From assembly GCA_040217195.1 (NCBI GenBank), contig JAVJNR010000004.1, positions 448,001 to 512,000 of the forward strand: a DNA stretch of 64,000 nt, read 5' to 3'. Positions within the stretch are counted from its first letter, which is position 1. Each line of letters begins with the position of its first letter. Below are positions 1 through 9,997 of the stretch, piece by piece. Under the pieces are notes generated by a model, which worked only from the letters and a program-made list of their open reading frames with translations, had not been told where the DNA came from and made no database searches. Origin of the DNA: Leptospiraceae bacterium (lineage in GTDB: Bacteria > Spirochaetota > Leptospiria > Leptospirales > Leptonemataceae). Both the position numbers and the translations under genes were made by a program.

Positions 1-2198
1 CCAGCAAGCTCCTCCAGTGTTTCCAGAGAATCCCCGGTTAATTCAATGGCCACAGCTTTGCCCACCGGCGGACCACCTTTGAGTTTCTCCATATCCAGGC
101 TTGTAAGTGTACCGGCCAGATCTTCGTAACCGGGCACAGGTTCGGTCTGAAGCGCTGGCAATTCCAGCTCATCATCCTTTTCTTTCATCTGATTTCGCTG
201 TTCTTGAAGCCGCTTCCTGGCTTCCCCACCCAGCATCCAGAATGTGGCAGCACGAAGATCATCGATGGAGGCCTGGGCGGACCTCTCTCTGCTGTTTTCC
301 GGAGTCAGATATACAAGTAACTGAGCATATTGATTTCCTCTTCGCGTGAATGGATCGTTGGGATTCTGCTGAATGATTCCTACCCGAGTGGTATAGGTAT
401 CCAGCTCCTCTTTAGGAAGCTTTTCTACACTTTGCTCCACTACTTCGGTGTAGCGGTTCATTTGCTCCAGGGTTGTTCCAGGCTCCGCCGTCAGCTTCAC
501 ATGAAATGTTTCAATGGCACTGGGAAAGAGCACAAATTTCCCGAATGCTGCCTGGATACCCCCGGCTACAATTACCATTGCGAACAATACAACTGCCACT
601 ACCCATTTATTCTGAAGTGCAAATTGCAGCGAAGGTTCATAGGTTTCTTTGCGAAATCGATTAAACCACCCACTTTCTTCTTTCATCTCGGATCCAGTTT
701 GACGGGTCATACGATTCATGTCGTAGAGGTGAGATGGCAGAATAATCAAGCATTCAAACAGGGAAGCGACAAGGGCAATAATGATGACAAGTGGAATGGT
801 AAATACAAACTTTCCGAAAATACCGGTCATGAACATCAAAGGACCAAAAGCAGCGACGGTTGTAACGATGGTAGCTGTTACCGGAGCCACCACTTCCGCA
901 GTCCCTTTCCTTGCAGCCTCAAAGGGACTGTAACCCTCCTCCAGGTATCTGTAGAAGTTTTCGCTTACGATAATAGCGTCATCAACGAGAATACCAATTA
1001 CGATGATAAGGCCGAACATGGAAATCAGGTTCAAGGTCACACCAAGAGCACTCATTACAATGAATGCGATTCCAACAGAAATGGGAATTCCCAGAGCAAC
1101 CATTAAAGAAGTGCGCCAGCCCATAAAGAAAAACAGAGAGCCAACCACCATGATCAGACCCACGGCAGCATTGTTACTAAGTACTCCCAGGCGTCGGTTT
1201 ACAAAGTAGGATACATCGTTTACGAATTCAATGCGAATCCCATCAGGCATTGTGTCCTGATATCGGGCTACGGTGCGGCGCACTTCTTCCACTACAGTGA
1301 TGATGTCTGCGCTGGATTGCTTCAGAACCGTTAAACTGATAGTCGGAAAGCCTCTAGTTTTTTCAATGTAATCGGCTTCTTCAAAGGTTTCCAGAACCCG
1401 GGCCACATCTTGAACTCGAACAAGTTGACCCACATCGTTTCCGCGAATAGGCACCTGCCTTACCTCTTCGATGGTTTCCAGCTCACCGACAGTACGAATC
1501 ACAAGTGCATCGCCATTATGCACTACTTCACCGCCCGGAAAATTTACGTTTCGGTTTTGTAGAGATTGAATGATTTGACCAAGGCTAACGTACTTATCAT
1601 TCATCAGACCGGGATGCACCCGTACCTGATATTCCACATCCTGCCAGCCCCTTCGTGCAATACGCGCAACTCCATCAATGTCCAGCAGATGATCCTCTAG
1701 ATTCTGTGCTTCATCCCTTAGCTCTTTTTCCGAAAGAATGAAGGCACCATCCTTTTTAGTCCGACTTACACTTACTTCTATTACCGGGGTTCGGCTGGAA
1801 GTAAGCTCTACTATTACCGGCGTCTCTGCATCACCGGGAAGATCCTCGGTCCGGTCCACAGCAGAGCGAATATCATCTATTACTTTCTGGCTATCATCTT
1901 CATCTGGATCAATGGTAATGGTAACGACGGAGAGATTCTCCACAGAGGTGGACCGGAACTCTTTAATCCCATCCACTTCTTTGATTTGATCCTCAATAGG
2001 ATTTGTGACCAGTTTTTCCACTTCCAGGGGTGCCGCCCCGGGATAGATGGTCTGTACGTTCACTATGTCAAAATCAATGTTCGGGAATGCTTCCCGGTTC
2101 ATGGTTGCTGCAATGACTCCACCAAACAGAACGATGGCCAGAGTGAGCAAATTCACGAATAAACTGCGGTTCAGGAAATACTCAATGAAAGCTGCCAT
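1..2198 (-). CDS. AcrB/AcrD/AcrF-family RND efflux permease (partial; C-terminus beyond left edge)
   Basis: Not in the ORF track because it has no stop inside the window. From ATG 2198 the minus frame reads MAAFIEYFLNRSLFVNLLTLAIVLFGG...REAFPNIDFDIVNVQTIYPGAAPLEVEKLVTNPIE. The same frame reads ...GGPPVGKAVAIELTGDSLETLEELA at the left edge. These are typical RND permease motifs. Confidence 0.93.
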   Translation of the reverse strand, partial: MAAFIEYFLNRSLFVNLLTLAIVLFGGVIAATMNREAFPNIDFDIVNVQTIYPGAAPLEVEKLVTNPIEDQIKEVDGIKEFRSTSVENLSVVTITIDPDEDDSQKVIDDIRSAVDRTEDLPGDAETPVIVELTSSRTPVIEVSVSRTKKDGAFILSEKELRDEAQNLEDHLLDIDGVARIARRGWQDVEYQVRVHPGLMNDKYVSLGQIIQSLQNRNVNFPGGEVVHNGDALVIRTVGELETIEEVRQVPIRGNDVGQLVRVQDVARVLETFEEADYIEKTRGFPTISLTVLKQSSADIITVVEEVRRTVARYQDTMPDGIRIEFVNDVSYFVNRRLGVLSNNAAVGLIMVVGSLFFFMGWRTSLMVALGIPISVGIAFIVMSALGVTLNLISMFGLIIVIGILVDDAIIVSENFYRYLEEGYSPFEAARKGTAEVVAPVTATIVTTVAAFGPLMFMTGIFGKFVFTIPLVIIIALVASLFECLIILPSHLYDMNRMTRQTGSEMKEESGWFNRFRKETYEPSLQFALQNKWVVAVVLFAMVIVAGGIQAAFGKFVLFPSAIETFHVKLTAEPGTTLEQMNRYTEVVEQSVEKLPKEELDTYTTRVGIIQQNPNDPFTRRGNQYAQLLVYLTPENSRERSAQASIDDLRAATFWMLGGEARKRLQEQRNQMKEKDDELELPALQTEPVPGYEDLAGTLTSLDMEKLKGGPPVGKAVAIELTGDSLETLEELA

Positions 2199-2393
2199 AT
2201 GGGATATGCCAGAGCAGTTTCCAGTGTTTACAGTGTCAATTTAAACGAATGGAAAATGCGTTACAGAATGACAGGTTGGGCAGGGAGATTCTGCACAGAT
2301 TGGTTCTATCCTATTTAAATTTGGTGTAAATTCTAGATGGGAACGGAAGTCCTCATTTCTGAAGCCGGTGCCCGGCGAGGTGCCGGAAACCTA

Positions 2394-5300
2394 TTAAAAG
2401 CCGTTGTTTGAGAATTGCTGGAAGTTGATGTTTTCCAGGGTAGTGCCGGTGGCAATTCCGGTGCATCCAGATGCCGTCAGAGCGCCATGCCCCTGGTAGG
2501 CACCGAGATTGGGAGTATAGATACAACCTTCATTTCCAAAGCAAAGAGGTAGATCAGAAATTCCATCCGTTCCATCTTCTATAGCATGCCGAAGAAATGT
2601 GATGGAACCTGGAGTAGCAGTGGTCCAGGTGTGGGTGATGGTGTCGTTGCCCGTAGGGCATGTGAGGCCATTCAATAGCTCAGTGGAAGTGGATTTGAGA
2701 GCCAGGTCCCACTGCTCGCATCGCTTGGTGAGGGGCGCCGGGTTACCGATGCATTGACCACGGGCTCCCGCCGGAATCAGAAGTGTTGCATTAAGGCCAT
2801 ATAGCTGGTAAGGATTGGCGAATCCCACCCAGTTGAGAGCCAATGAAGCATTCACTGCCCCACCGGAGGGGCCAACAAAGCCACCACCATTCCCAGAGAC
2901 CGGATCAGCATCATTAAAAAGCACAACGGAGTGGTCCGAACCGGTGTCCGGGTCACAGTCCGCCGGAAGATCATCGATTCCAGTGCCAGTGCCAACATTG
3001 ATACACTTGTCCGCCAGGGGACTGAATAGTATCATTTTTCCAGAGAAGTAGGCTTGCGCTCCGGAATCCATATCAATCAGAGAATTAGCATGCAATGCGA
3101 TAGCAGAATCGATGACTTGATTGGAGCTCGATCCGTTGGCAAAGCGGATTCCGGTTCCTGGAGCATTCACTGCGATAATGTTGATTAGACTGATTCCTTT
3201 GTTATCAGCGGCAGTTCCAAAATCGAAGGAATCAGCTCCATTGTTTGCCACCGTCATATTCATGAACATGGACGTACGTAAGCCGCCACCGGAGCTCAGA
3301 ACAAATATACCGTCCCCTTCGTTCGAGGCAACGAATGAGTTCATTACGATTAGATCATCCACCATCCCATTGGCAACAATGTGAATACCCGAATTGAAAT
3401 TGTTATAGAATGTACTGTTTACCACCATGTTTCGCGCAGTATTATTGCCGCCAGAGTCCTCGATTATTAGCCCGTTGCCCGACATACTATTGGCACCACG
3501 CACTCCGGTGAGAATTGAATCGCTTACATCTGTGAGGTGAATGTTTCCAGTATTTGCGGAACCATCCACATTCCAGACCCGAACATTATTCAGTCTATGA
3601 TAATAGGATGGTCCAACAATACGAATGCCGGACGTTGTAACCATTCCGGGACCATTCCCGTCGAATTTCCCTTCAATCCAGAGGAAGTTTTTCCCGTTAT
3701 TGTTTACCATGGGATCGGCACCAGACGCTCTCAATAGGACCCCGGTATCCATTGCAATCACTACGTTGTCTGCTGCGATATCAAGAGTGCCGGTAAGTGT
3801 TGAGTTGGCCGATTGAACATAGATTCCTCCTGCTGTAGCGAGACTACCGCCACCTACAGGTATGTTCGTAACTGCATTGTTCCACCAGGCAGCTGCCGGA
3901 GCATTCGGAACGTTGGTACCGGCAATGGTTACCGAATTTGTATTCCAGGCAGGAGTACCGAAATCGATAAGATCCTTGAGTGACTTACCGACCTGAAGAT
4001 TGCCAGATACCAGCAATACGGGTAGACCCGCCCCCTGGGGAACGCAGTACCAATTCATCCAGCCCTGGGCATCTGTTCCAGAGACTCCAGTGCAATCATT
4101 GATCTTATCCAGAACCATGATCTTTCTAACCTGGCCGCCATGCAGACAACCGAAGTAAAATGCATTCTCGGATCCATCGCAGGATGTGTCCGATGCAGTC
4201 AGACCTGTGGTTCCATCATTCTTTATGTAATAATTCCAATTGGCCGCATTCGTAAAATAGGGCTGCACAGTGCCATCGCGCATGATGTATGTATGGCTCA
4301 CACTGGCGGAGTTTCCGGCCCTATCTGAGACTGTAAGATCCAGAGCTCGATTGAGTCCAGGAGACCAGATCATCATTCCTGTGGTATGAAAACCGATGGC
4401 AGGACTGATTCTAATCTCATCGTCTGGATTGGTGCTTGTGAAATAGGCTCCGCCATCATCCTCATTTTCAATATCGCCTCCGGCAATAACAGTGGCGCCA
4501 GTATCCACTGTTTCGCTGAATCGATAGACGATCGGATCATTATGTTTTACATAGGTCCCGTTTCCCGTTACATCTGTAATCACAGGCGCGGTTTCATCCC
4601 TGGTTACAGTTATAGTCTTACCCAGATCATACTGACCTACATAGTTCTCTTCGCATATTCGCACTGTATATGCGGTATCTGTTCCTGGGGCAAAAGCAGT
4701 GGCGGCAATAGCCGCGCTGGTTTGGCCTGGGCCAGCACCTGTGGTACCTGTATCTATGACCGTTCCATCGGTACAGTTCGTGCTATTGATTCGCAGGCTA
4801 TACGGTCGATTGGAGCGATCTGAATCCCAGGAAATTACCGTTGTAGTTTTGGTTCCGACGTTACTCACAAAAGCATTGGTAACGGCTTCATTGCTAATAT
4901 TACTAAAGCTGGAATCTACGGTATAATTAAAGATCTGCACAGCGCTCTTATTTCCAGCCAGGTCCACAGCGATGGCCTCGATGGTTGTAACCTGTAGATC
5001 TGGTGCTGAAATGGCCCCGCCATACGGCGCCGGAGTAGCCCCGGTACCATCGATTGCAATGTCTGGATCTGTCGGATTTGGCGGTGCCGATGGAGCAGCC
5101 ACACTCTGACTTACCACAGCCATGCCATTGCAGCCCGATGGGGAATCATTGCAGGTAAGCGAAATACTTGTTGCAGCCGTGAGATTGCCCGGGGCCTGGG
5201 AAGGACTGATTGTAGGTGCTGCATTATCTACAGTTACAGTGCGAGCAATCTCATCTCTCAATGTCGGCCCCGTCTCATAGCCACATATCAAATAGGTATT

Positions 5301-5897
5301 GGAACCAGATATGAGAGGAGTGCCGCCGGTGGTTGCGTTGAGAGTAACCACGCTGGTGCCTCCATTTGTAAGAATACCCGTGGCACTGGCATCAGGATAC
5401 GGAGTTCCGGTGGCACAGTCCGCCCCTGACTTGATTATGTAGGTTCCGGCATACGCGGAAACAAAGGAAATCTGCACCGAGTTGTATGCGCCGGCATTGG
5501 CGCTTATGTAGGTTCGATCCTGTGTTATGCTATTGATAGCAACACTGGTACAGGTCACAGTGACATTACTAACGCTGGCTGTCAGGATTCCGCTTGCACC
5601 GCTAATTGTGCAGGTCTGACCGGTGGGAGGAGTGCCGATGCTAAGACTATAAGCCGTGCCTGAGGCATACTCTTTGTTAAGCGGATGATTTCCGCCGCCG
5701 GGTATGGTAAAGGTCTCACCGTTATTTACGACTGTAAAAGAGCCGGTGGCTCCACTTACAGCCAGAGTAATCGTAAATTTATCCCCGGGAGTAGCCAGAA
5801 CTAACAGAGGATCATCCGGATAACTCTTAACGCAGTGCGAGGCAGTAAACAATGCCAGCAAGGCAAGGCAAATGGCTGTTGATATTGTTTTTCGCAC
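2394..5897 (-). CDS. Large surface lipoprotein/adhesin-like protein with Ig-like repeats and a right-handed beta-helix (pectin-lyase-like) region
   Basis: 1183-aa ORF (2394..5945). Likely start is GTG 5897 (VRKTISTAICLALLALFTASHC, a spirochaete-type lipobox). Contains Thr/Gly/Ser-rich Ig-like modules (DNAAPTI, DETAPVI...FSETVD), Asn-rich parallel beta-helix repeats (NSTFYNNFNSGIHI, NMTVANNGADS) and a Cys-rich C-terminus. Confidence 0.75.
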   Translation of the reverse strand: MRKTISTAICLALLALFTASHCVKSYPDDPLLVLATPGDKFTITLAVSGATGSFTVVNNGETFTIPGGGNHPLNKEYASGTAYSLSIGTPPTGQTCTISGASGILTASVSNVTVTCTSVAINSITQDRTYISANAGAYNSVQISFVSAYAGTYIIKSGADCATGTPYPDASATGILTNGGTSVVTLNATTGGTPLISGSNTYLICGYETGPTLRDEIARTVTVDNAAPTISPSQAPGNLTAATSISLTCNDSPSGCNGMAVVSQSVAAPSAPPNPTDPDIAIDGTGATPAPYGGAISAPDLQVTTIEAIAVDLAGNKSAVQIFNYTVDSSFSNISNEAVTNAFVSNVGTKTTTVISWDSDRSNRPYSLRINSTNCTDGTVIDTGTTGAGPGQTSAAIAATAFAPGTDTAYTVRICEENYVGQYDLGKTITVTRDETAPVITDVTGNGTYVKHNDPIVYRFSETVDTGATVIAGGDIENEDDGGAYFTSTNPDDEIRISPAIGFHTTGMMIWSPGLNRALDLTVSDRAGNSASVSHTYIMRDGTVQPYFTNAANWNYYIKNDGTTGLTASDTSCDGSENAFYFGCLHGGQVRKIMVLDKINDCTGVSGTDAQGWMNWYCVPQGAGLPVLLVSGNLQVGKSLKDLIDFGTPAWNTNSVTIAGTNVPNAPAAAWWNNAVTNIPVGGGSLATAGGIYVQSANSTLTGTLDIAADNVVIAMDTGVLLRASGADPMVNNNGKNFLWIEGKFDGNGPGMVTTSGIRIVGPSYYHRLNNVRVWNVDGSANTGNIHLTDVSDSILTGVRGANSMSGNGLIIEDSGGNNTARNMVVNSTFYNNFNSGIHIVANGMVDDLIVMNSFVASNEGDGIFVLSSGGGLRTSMFMNMTVANNGADSFDFGTAADNKGISLINIIAVNAPGTGIRFANGSSSNQVIDSAIALHANSLIDMDSGAQAYFSGKMILFSPLADKCINVGTGTGIDDLPADCDPDTGSDHSVVLFNDADPVSGNGGGFVGPSGGAVNASLALNWVGFANPYQLYGLNATLLIPAGARGQCIGNPAPLTKRCEQWDLALKSTSTELLNGLTCPTGNDTITHTWTTATPGSITFLRHAIEDGTDGISDLPLCFGNEGCIYTPNLGAYQGHGALTASGCTGIATGTTLENINFQQFSNNGF

Positions 5898-6324
5898 TCT
5901 AAAACTCTTTTTCCGATTGCCTGGAACCCAGATTCTTCTGGCCAAACTCTATTTGTATGCAAGATGAGAGGTCTGGTCCCACACCGTACAGTTAACCATT
6001 ATTGTCCGTGTTTTTGTAGGATTTTCGTACCCGGTCAACTAAATCCATGTACTAAGTTATAAAAATCGCAGTTTGGCTCTGGTTCGATTCGGTTGCATCT
6101 TTATGCGACTTAATAAAGTCGCTTTCGTAACCCTCCGGGTATATCCAACTTCGCATACCATAATACCATGACAGTAAGCCCTGCGAAAGTAGACGAAGCA
6201 CCTGGCAGGACCAGAAGTACGGTGTGTGAATGCCAGCCCTGAATTGTCAGACCAACCAGTACTCAATTCGGCAACCACCAGTATTCGCAGCCAGGAAAAT
6301 CGAAACCGTGGTAATGAGCGCCGC

Positions 6325-6355
6325 AAAAAAGGGCCGACATGAAGCCGGCCCTTTT
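6325..6355. terminator. Rho-independent terminator downstream of glnA (possibly bidirectional)
   Basis: AAAAAAGGGCCG-acatgaagc-CGGCCCTTTT: a GC stem flanked by A/T runs, about 35 nt after the glnA stop. The U-tract follows the stem on the minus strand. Confidence 0.85.
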
Positions 6356-6391
6356 AGAATACCTGGATGGTATTTACAAGATGATCTGTGG

Positions 6392-7822
6392 TTAACAATC
6401 GTAGTAGAGAACGAACTCGTAGGGGTGCGGCCTCTGATTTACAATCTGCTCAACCTCTTCGCGTTTGTACTCAATGTAACTATCAATGAAGTCTTTAGTA
6501 AATACATCTCCTTTCGTCAACCATCCATGGTCTTCTTCCAGAGAGTCCAGTACCTTGGTAAGATTGGCCGGTACAGCATGCAGACCTTCCAGTTGTTCCG
6601 GAGTTGCATCGTACAGATTGAAATCCGCAGGTTTGCCCGGGTCCAGTTTTCGCTGCACTCCATCAAGACCGGCCATTAGCATGGCAGCAAAAGCGAGATA
6701 CGGATTCGCAGCGGCATCGGGAGTTCGGAATTCGATTCTGCGAGCCTTATCCCCGTGAACAGCAATAGGTACTCGAATGGAAGCAGATCGGTTTCTGGCA
6801 GAATAAACCAGATTCACCGGAGCTTCAAAGCCGGGAACCAGTCGCTTGTAGCTATTGGTGGTGGGATTGGTGAAGGAAAGCAGGGCCGGTCCGTGCTCCA
6901 GGATACCTGCAATATAGTTCATGGCCATATCGCTAAGATGAGCATACCCATTACCTGCAAACAGATTCTTACCGTCTTTCCATAGTGACTGGTGAGTGTG
7001 CATACCAGTTCCGTTATCGCCGAAAAGAGGCTTTGGCATGAAGGTAGCAGAGAATCCATGCTTTCGCGCAACATTCTTTACCACGTATTTATAGAGCTGT
7101 AGCTTGTCTGCGATTCGAGGCGCTTCATCCAGTTTGAAATTAATCTCTGCCTGACCAGCGGAGGAAACTTCATGGTGATGCTTCTCTGTTGCAATTCCCA
7201 TTTTTTCCAGCATGGCCAGCATTTCGCCCCTCAGGTCCTGGAAATGATCGTTTGGAGGCAGCGGGAAGTAACCTTCTTTCGTTCTCATTTTGAAGCCCAG
7301 GTTGGGTCCTTCATCGGTTCCCATGTTCCAGCGAGCATCAATTGAGTCGATGAAATAGAAACCACTATTCGTTTCCTGGTCAAACCTTACATCGCTGAAT
7401 ATAAAGAATTCAGCTTCCGGTCCAAAGAATACCTGATCGGCCAGGCCGGTACTTTTCATGTATTCTACCGCACGCTTCAAAATAGTACGTGGGCTTCGGG
7501 CATATTCAGTGGGCGTATCGCCGGGCTCATAAATGTCGGCGATAACTGCCAGTGTCTTCTTTTCAAAGAACGGATCTATGTAAGCACTGGAGGCATCCAG
7601 TACAGCCAGCATGTCGGATTCGTTGATTGCTTTCCATCCGCGAATAGAAGAACCGTCAAATCCAAGTCCTTGCGTAAAATCATCCTCATCCATTGCATTG
7701 ATATGCATGGTGAAGTGGTGCATCATACCGAGCATGTCGGTGAATCGCACATCCACATAATCGATTCCCTTGTCCTTACAATATTTTAGTAGTTCGGACG
7801 GTGAATTGGGCAATTGTTCCAT
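6392..7822 (-). CDS. glnA: Glutamine synthetase type I (GSI-beta)
   Basis: Motifs FDGSSIRGW, HHHEV, FMPKPLFGDNGTGMHTHQSL, NSYKRLVPGFEAP, RIEFRTPD, and adenylylation-site-like NLYD. Shine-Dalgarno AGGAG upstream. Confidence 0.98.
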   Translation of the reverse strand: MEQLPNSPSELLKYCKDKGIDYVDVRFTDMLGMMHHFTMHINAMDEDDFTQGLGFDGSSIRGWKAINESDMLAVLDASSAYIDPFFEKKTLAVIADIYEPGDTPTEYARSPRTILKRAVEYMKSTGLADQVFFGPEAEFFIFSDVRFDQETNSGFYFIDSIDARWNMGTDEGPNLGFKMRTKEGYFPLPPNDHFQDLRGEMLAMLEKMGIATEKHHHEVSSAGQAEINFKLDEAPRIADKLQLYKYVVKNVARKHGFSATFMPKPLFGDNGTGMHTHQSLWKDGKNLFAGNGYAHLSDMAMNYIAGILEHGPALLSFTNPTTNSYKRLVPGFEAPVNLVYSARNRSASIRVPIAVHGDKARRIEFRTPDAAANPYLAFAAMLMAGLDGVQRKLDPGKPADFNLYDATPEQLEGLHAVPANLTKVLDSLEEDHGWLTKGDVFTKDFIDSYIEYKREEVEQIVNQRPHPYEFVLYYDC

Positions 7823-7935
7823 TTCGATCTCCTGTTTATCCTTTCTTAAACTCGAAACTTTCGATGCTCAACGAGCCTATCTCCATTTCCGGACAGAGGT
7901 CCCTGCTTCGGAAATGCCAAATTGCTATTTTTTCG

Positions 7936-7951
7936 TGCAAATGGTGTGCCA
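7936..7951 (-). promoter_or_regulatory. Sigma-54 (RpoN) -24/-12 promoter of glnA
   Basis: Minus strand reads TGGCAC-ACCAT-TTGCA, an exact match to the TGGCAC-N5-TTGCW consensus, about 115 nt upstream of the glnA ATG. Confidence 0.88.
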
Positions 7952-8214
7952 TGTATTCATAGTAGCTGAATCCTCAATAGGTCCTTCAAGAAAAAACTCA
8001 GCCCCCTTCTACCGGCATTGAGACCACGGTAACGGCATTATGCCTCCTCAACAAGCATATGTTGGTGCCACCTGGCCCTTCCACTGCTTCGGGAGCGGTT
8101 TTGAAATCTCTTCCACTACATTCGGGCATTCCACAATGAACTGGACAGTGAAACTGGCCGTCTACGATAGTAGACCGATTTCATTTCCGCTAATTATAAG
8201 GAAGGATTTTGTAA

Positions 8215-8523
8215 ATGTTTCAGAGATCACCGGCCATCATCCTACTATCCGTTGCAATCAGCTTTGCCGCAGCATTAACCAGTTTCGCTCAGGTGGAAGC
8301 TGCAGAATGCTCTGAGATTTGCCAGGCCTATCTCAGCTGCGTGGAGCAATCCTATCCCGGCCATAGCACAGAGGCACAGAAAAAAACCATCCAGGAAGGA
8401 TGTATTGGCAGCTGCCAGAAAAGCACGGACGCTGCGAACCAGTGTTACCGGCAATCCGATGGAACAGCCGGAAAGGTCGCTTCTTGCAATGAATTTTCGG
8501 CCTGTATTCTGAATGTAAACTGA
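8215..8523 (+). CDS. Small secreted Cys-rich protein (8 Cys; resembles Leptospira 8-Cys proteins)
   Basis: Signal-peptide-like N-terminus, then eight Cys in the pattern CxxxC..C..CxxxC..C..C..C. Confidence 0.7.
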   Translation: MFQRSPAIILLSVAISFAAALTSFAQVEAAECSEICQAYLSCVEQSYPGHSTEAQKKTIQEGCIGSCQKSTDAANQCYRQSDGTAGKVASCNEFSACILNVN

Positions 8524-8695
8524 GGTTCGCTCAATTCCTGGCTCCTATCTGGAGTAAACAAGAAGGCAGAGGAATCCTATTTGCCGATTCTTCCGGTCAG
8601 GAGCACTTACGAAGAATCCTGGCTCTTTGTCGAATGGTCCCGGCGAGATAAAATTACCATCTTCAAACCAGTTCAGATGGAAGCCGCCTGGCGGT

Positions 8696-9997
8696 TTATT
8701 TTAACAGAGAACTCCAGTCCAGAAAGATGGGCTCCTTGCCCAGCTCTTTCAATCGATCATGCATCTGCTCGATGGTGCGATGATCATCTATAGAAAATTG
8801 CTCTGCTGCTCTGTTATCTTTGCTGACTTCGTATCCACCCGGATCTGTCTTGCTTCCTGCAGACATCTGAGTGATACAAAGACCGGCCATTCGGTCGCGA
8901 AACTCCGGACTTTCGCGAGTAGAAAGAGTAATCACTGCATCTGGCAAAAACAATCGCAAAGCCAGTAAATAGCGAACGAATTCCCGGTCCTTAACTTCCG
9001 GCAGGTCTGAAACCCCGGTGGCCGCCCGGAGCCGGGGAAGCGAAACGGACAGCTGGGACTTCCAGAAATTATGCATCAGGTACCGACCATGTAAACCCAG
9101 CATGTAGACTTCGCTGGCTGGATCCGAAAGACCCAGCAGAGCTCCGATGGCTATTCTACGAATTCCTGCCTGGCCCGCCCGGTCAGGACAGTTTAGCCTG
9201 AACTCCATGCGTTTCTTCATTCCCTGCAAATGCACCTGTTTGTATCGTTTCGGATCATACGTTTCCTGGTAAACTGCCAGTCCATCCACGCCGGCCTCTC
9301 TAAGTCTTTCATAGTCGGCGCGCTTCAAAGGGTAGACTTCAATAGAAATGGATGGGAAGCGATGTCGAATCCGATTAGCAGCCTCTTCCAGGTAATCCAC
9401 CGGAGTTGCACGATAGTCTTCGCCGGTGAGCAATAATATATGACGAATCCCCTGGGAATGAAGATTACCGGCTTCCTGGTCCAGTTCCTCCATGGTCAGA
9501 GTTTTTCTTTTGATCTGGTTTCCAACGCTGAATCCGCAATACGTACAATGGGAATTGCATTCGTTGGAAAGGTACAGTGGAGCAAAGAGCTGAATTACAT
9601 TTCCAAACCTCTGCAATGTGAGTTCCCGGGCTGCAGCCGCCATGGGCTCCAGGTAGGAATTCGCAGCCGGTGAAATCAGTGAGCAAAAATCAAGAAATGT
9701 CAAAGACTTCCTGGCCGTTGCCTGATCCAGGGCTCGCTCCACATCCTCTTCGGTTCGCTGCTCAATGATTCCTGGTATGGAGGAAAAATCGAGCCTGGCT
9801 GCCACCGAAGCAAAGCCTCCTGCATCCTTCTTCTCTGGATCCATTTTTCCGTCTGGATGAGCAGGAAAATCAGGCTCCAGGGACGGATTTAATAGGATTT
9901 GCTCCAGCTTATCAATGGAACTATCCGGCTGTATACCGGCCTTCAATTGGCTGGAGTCGGACTGTATAGATTCGTGGATATCTGGAATTGTACTCAT
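8696..9997 (-). CDS. thiH: 2-iminoacetate synthase (radical SAM tyrosine lyase)
   Basis: LFAPLYLSNECNSHCTYCGFS (CxxxCxxC), YQETY, SAGSKTDPGGY, EQFSIDDHR. Lies in an operon with thiG. Confidence 0.92.
   Translation of the reverse strand: MSTIPDIHESIQSDSSQLKAGIQPDSSIDKLEQILLNPSLEPDFPAHPDGKMDPEKKDAGGFASVAARLDFSSIPGIIEQRTEEDVERALDQATARKSLTFLDFCSLISPAANSYLEPMAAAARELTLQRFGNVIQLFAPLYLSNECNSHCTYCGFSVGNQIKRKTLTMEELDQEAGNLHSQGIRHILLLTGEDYRATPVDYLEEAANRIRHRFPSISIEVYPLKRADYERLREAGVDGLAVYQETYDPKRYKQVHLQGMKKRMEFRLNCPDRAGQAGIRRIAIGALLGLSDPASEVYMLGLHGRYLMHNFWKSQLSVSLPRLRAATGVSDLPEVKDREFVRYLLALRLFLPDAVITLSTRESPEFRDRMAGLCITQMSAGSKTDPGGYEVSKDNRAAEQFSIDDHRTIEQMHDRLKELGKEPIFLDWSSLLK

Noticed and set aside
330..1106. 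258-aa plus-strand ORF and other short plus ORFs in 107-2244
   Set aside because: Antisense shadows of the RND permease, which has clear motifs on the minus strand.
5987..5997. TACAGTTAACC shared with 14466-14476 (both upstream of surface-protein genes)
   Set aside because: A single 11-mer match among several kb of intergenic DNA can arise by chance; no third copy noticed.
6170..6230. CTGC-GAAA-GTAG-ACG hairpin reminiscent of a c-di-GMP-I riboswitch
   Set aside because: Lacks the GGCAAA/GCAAAG and second-stem features, and lies on the strand opposite both flanking genes.
6057..6326. 89-aa minus ORF between glnA and the large lipoprotein
   Set aside because: Starts at the edge of the glnA terminator, with no SD or domain features; likely non-coding.
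8030..8075. NtrC-type enhancer (GGCATTATGCC; GCATATGTTGGTGC)
   Set aside because: Spacing and half-sites do not fit TGCACC-N5-GGTGCA.
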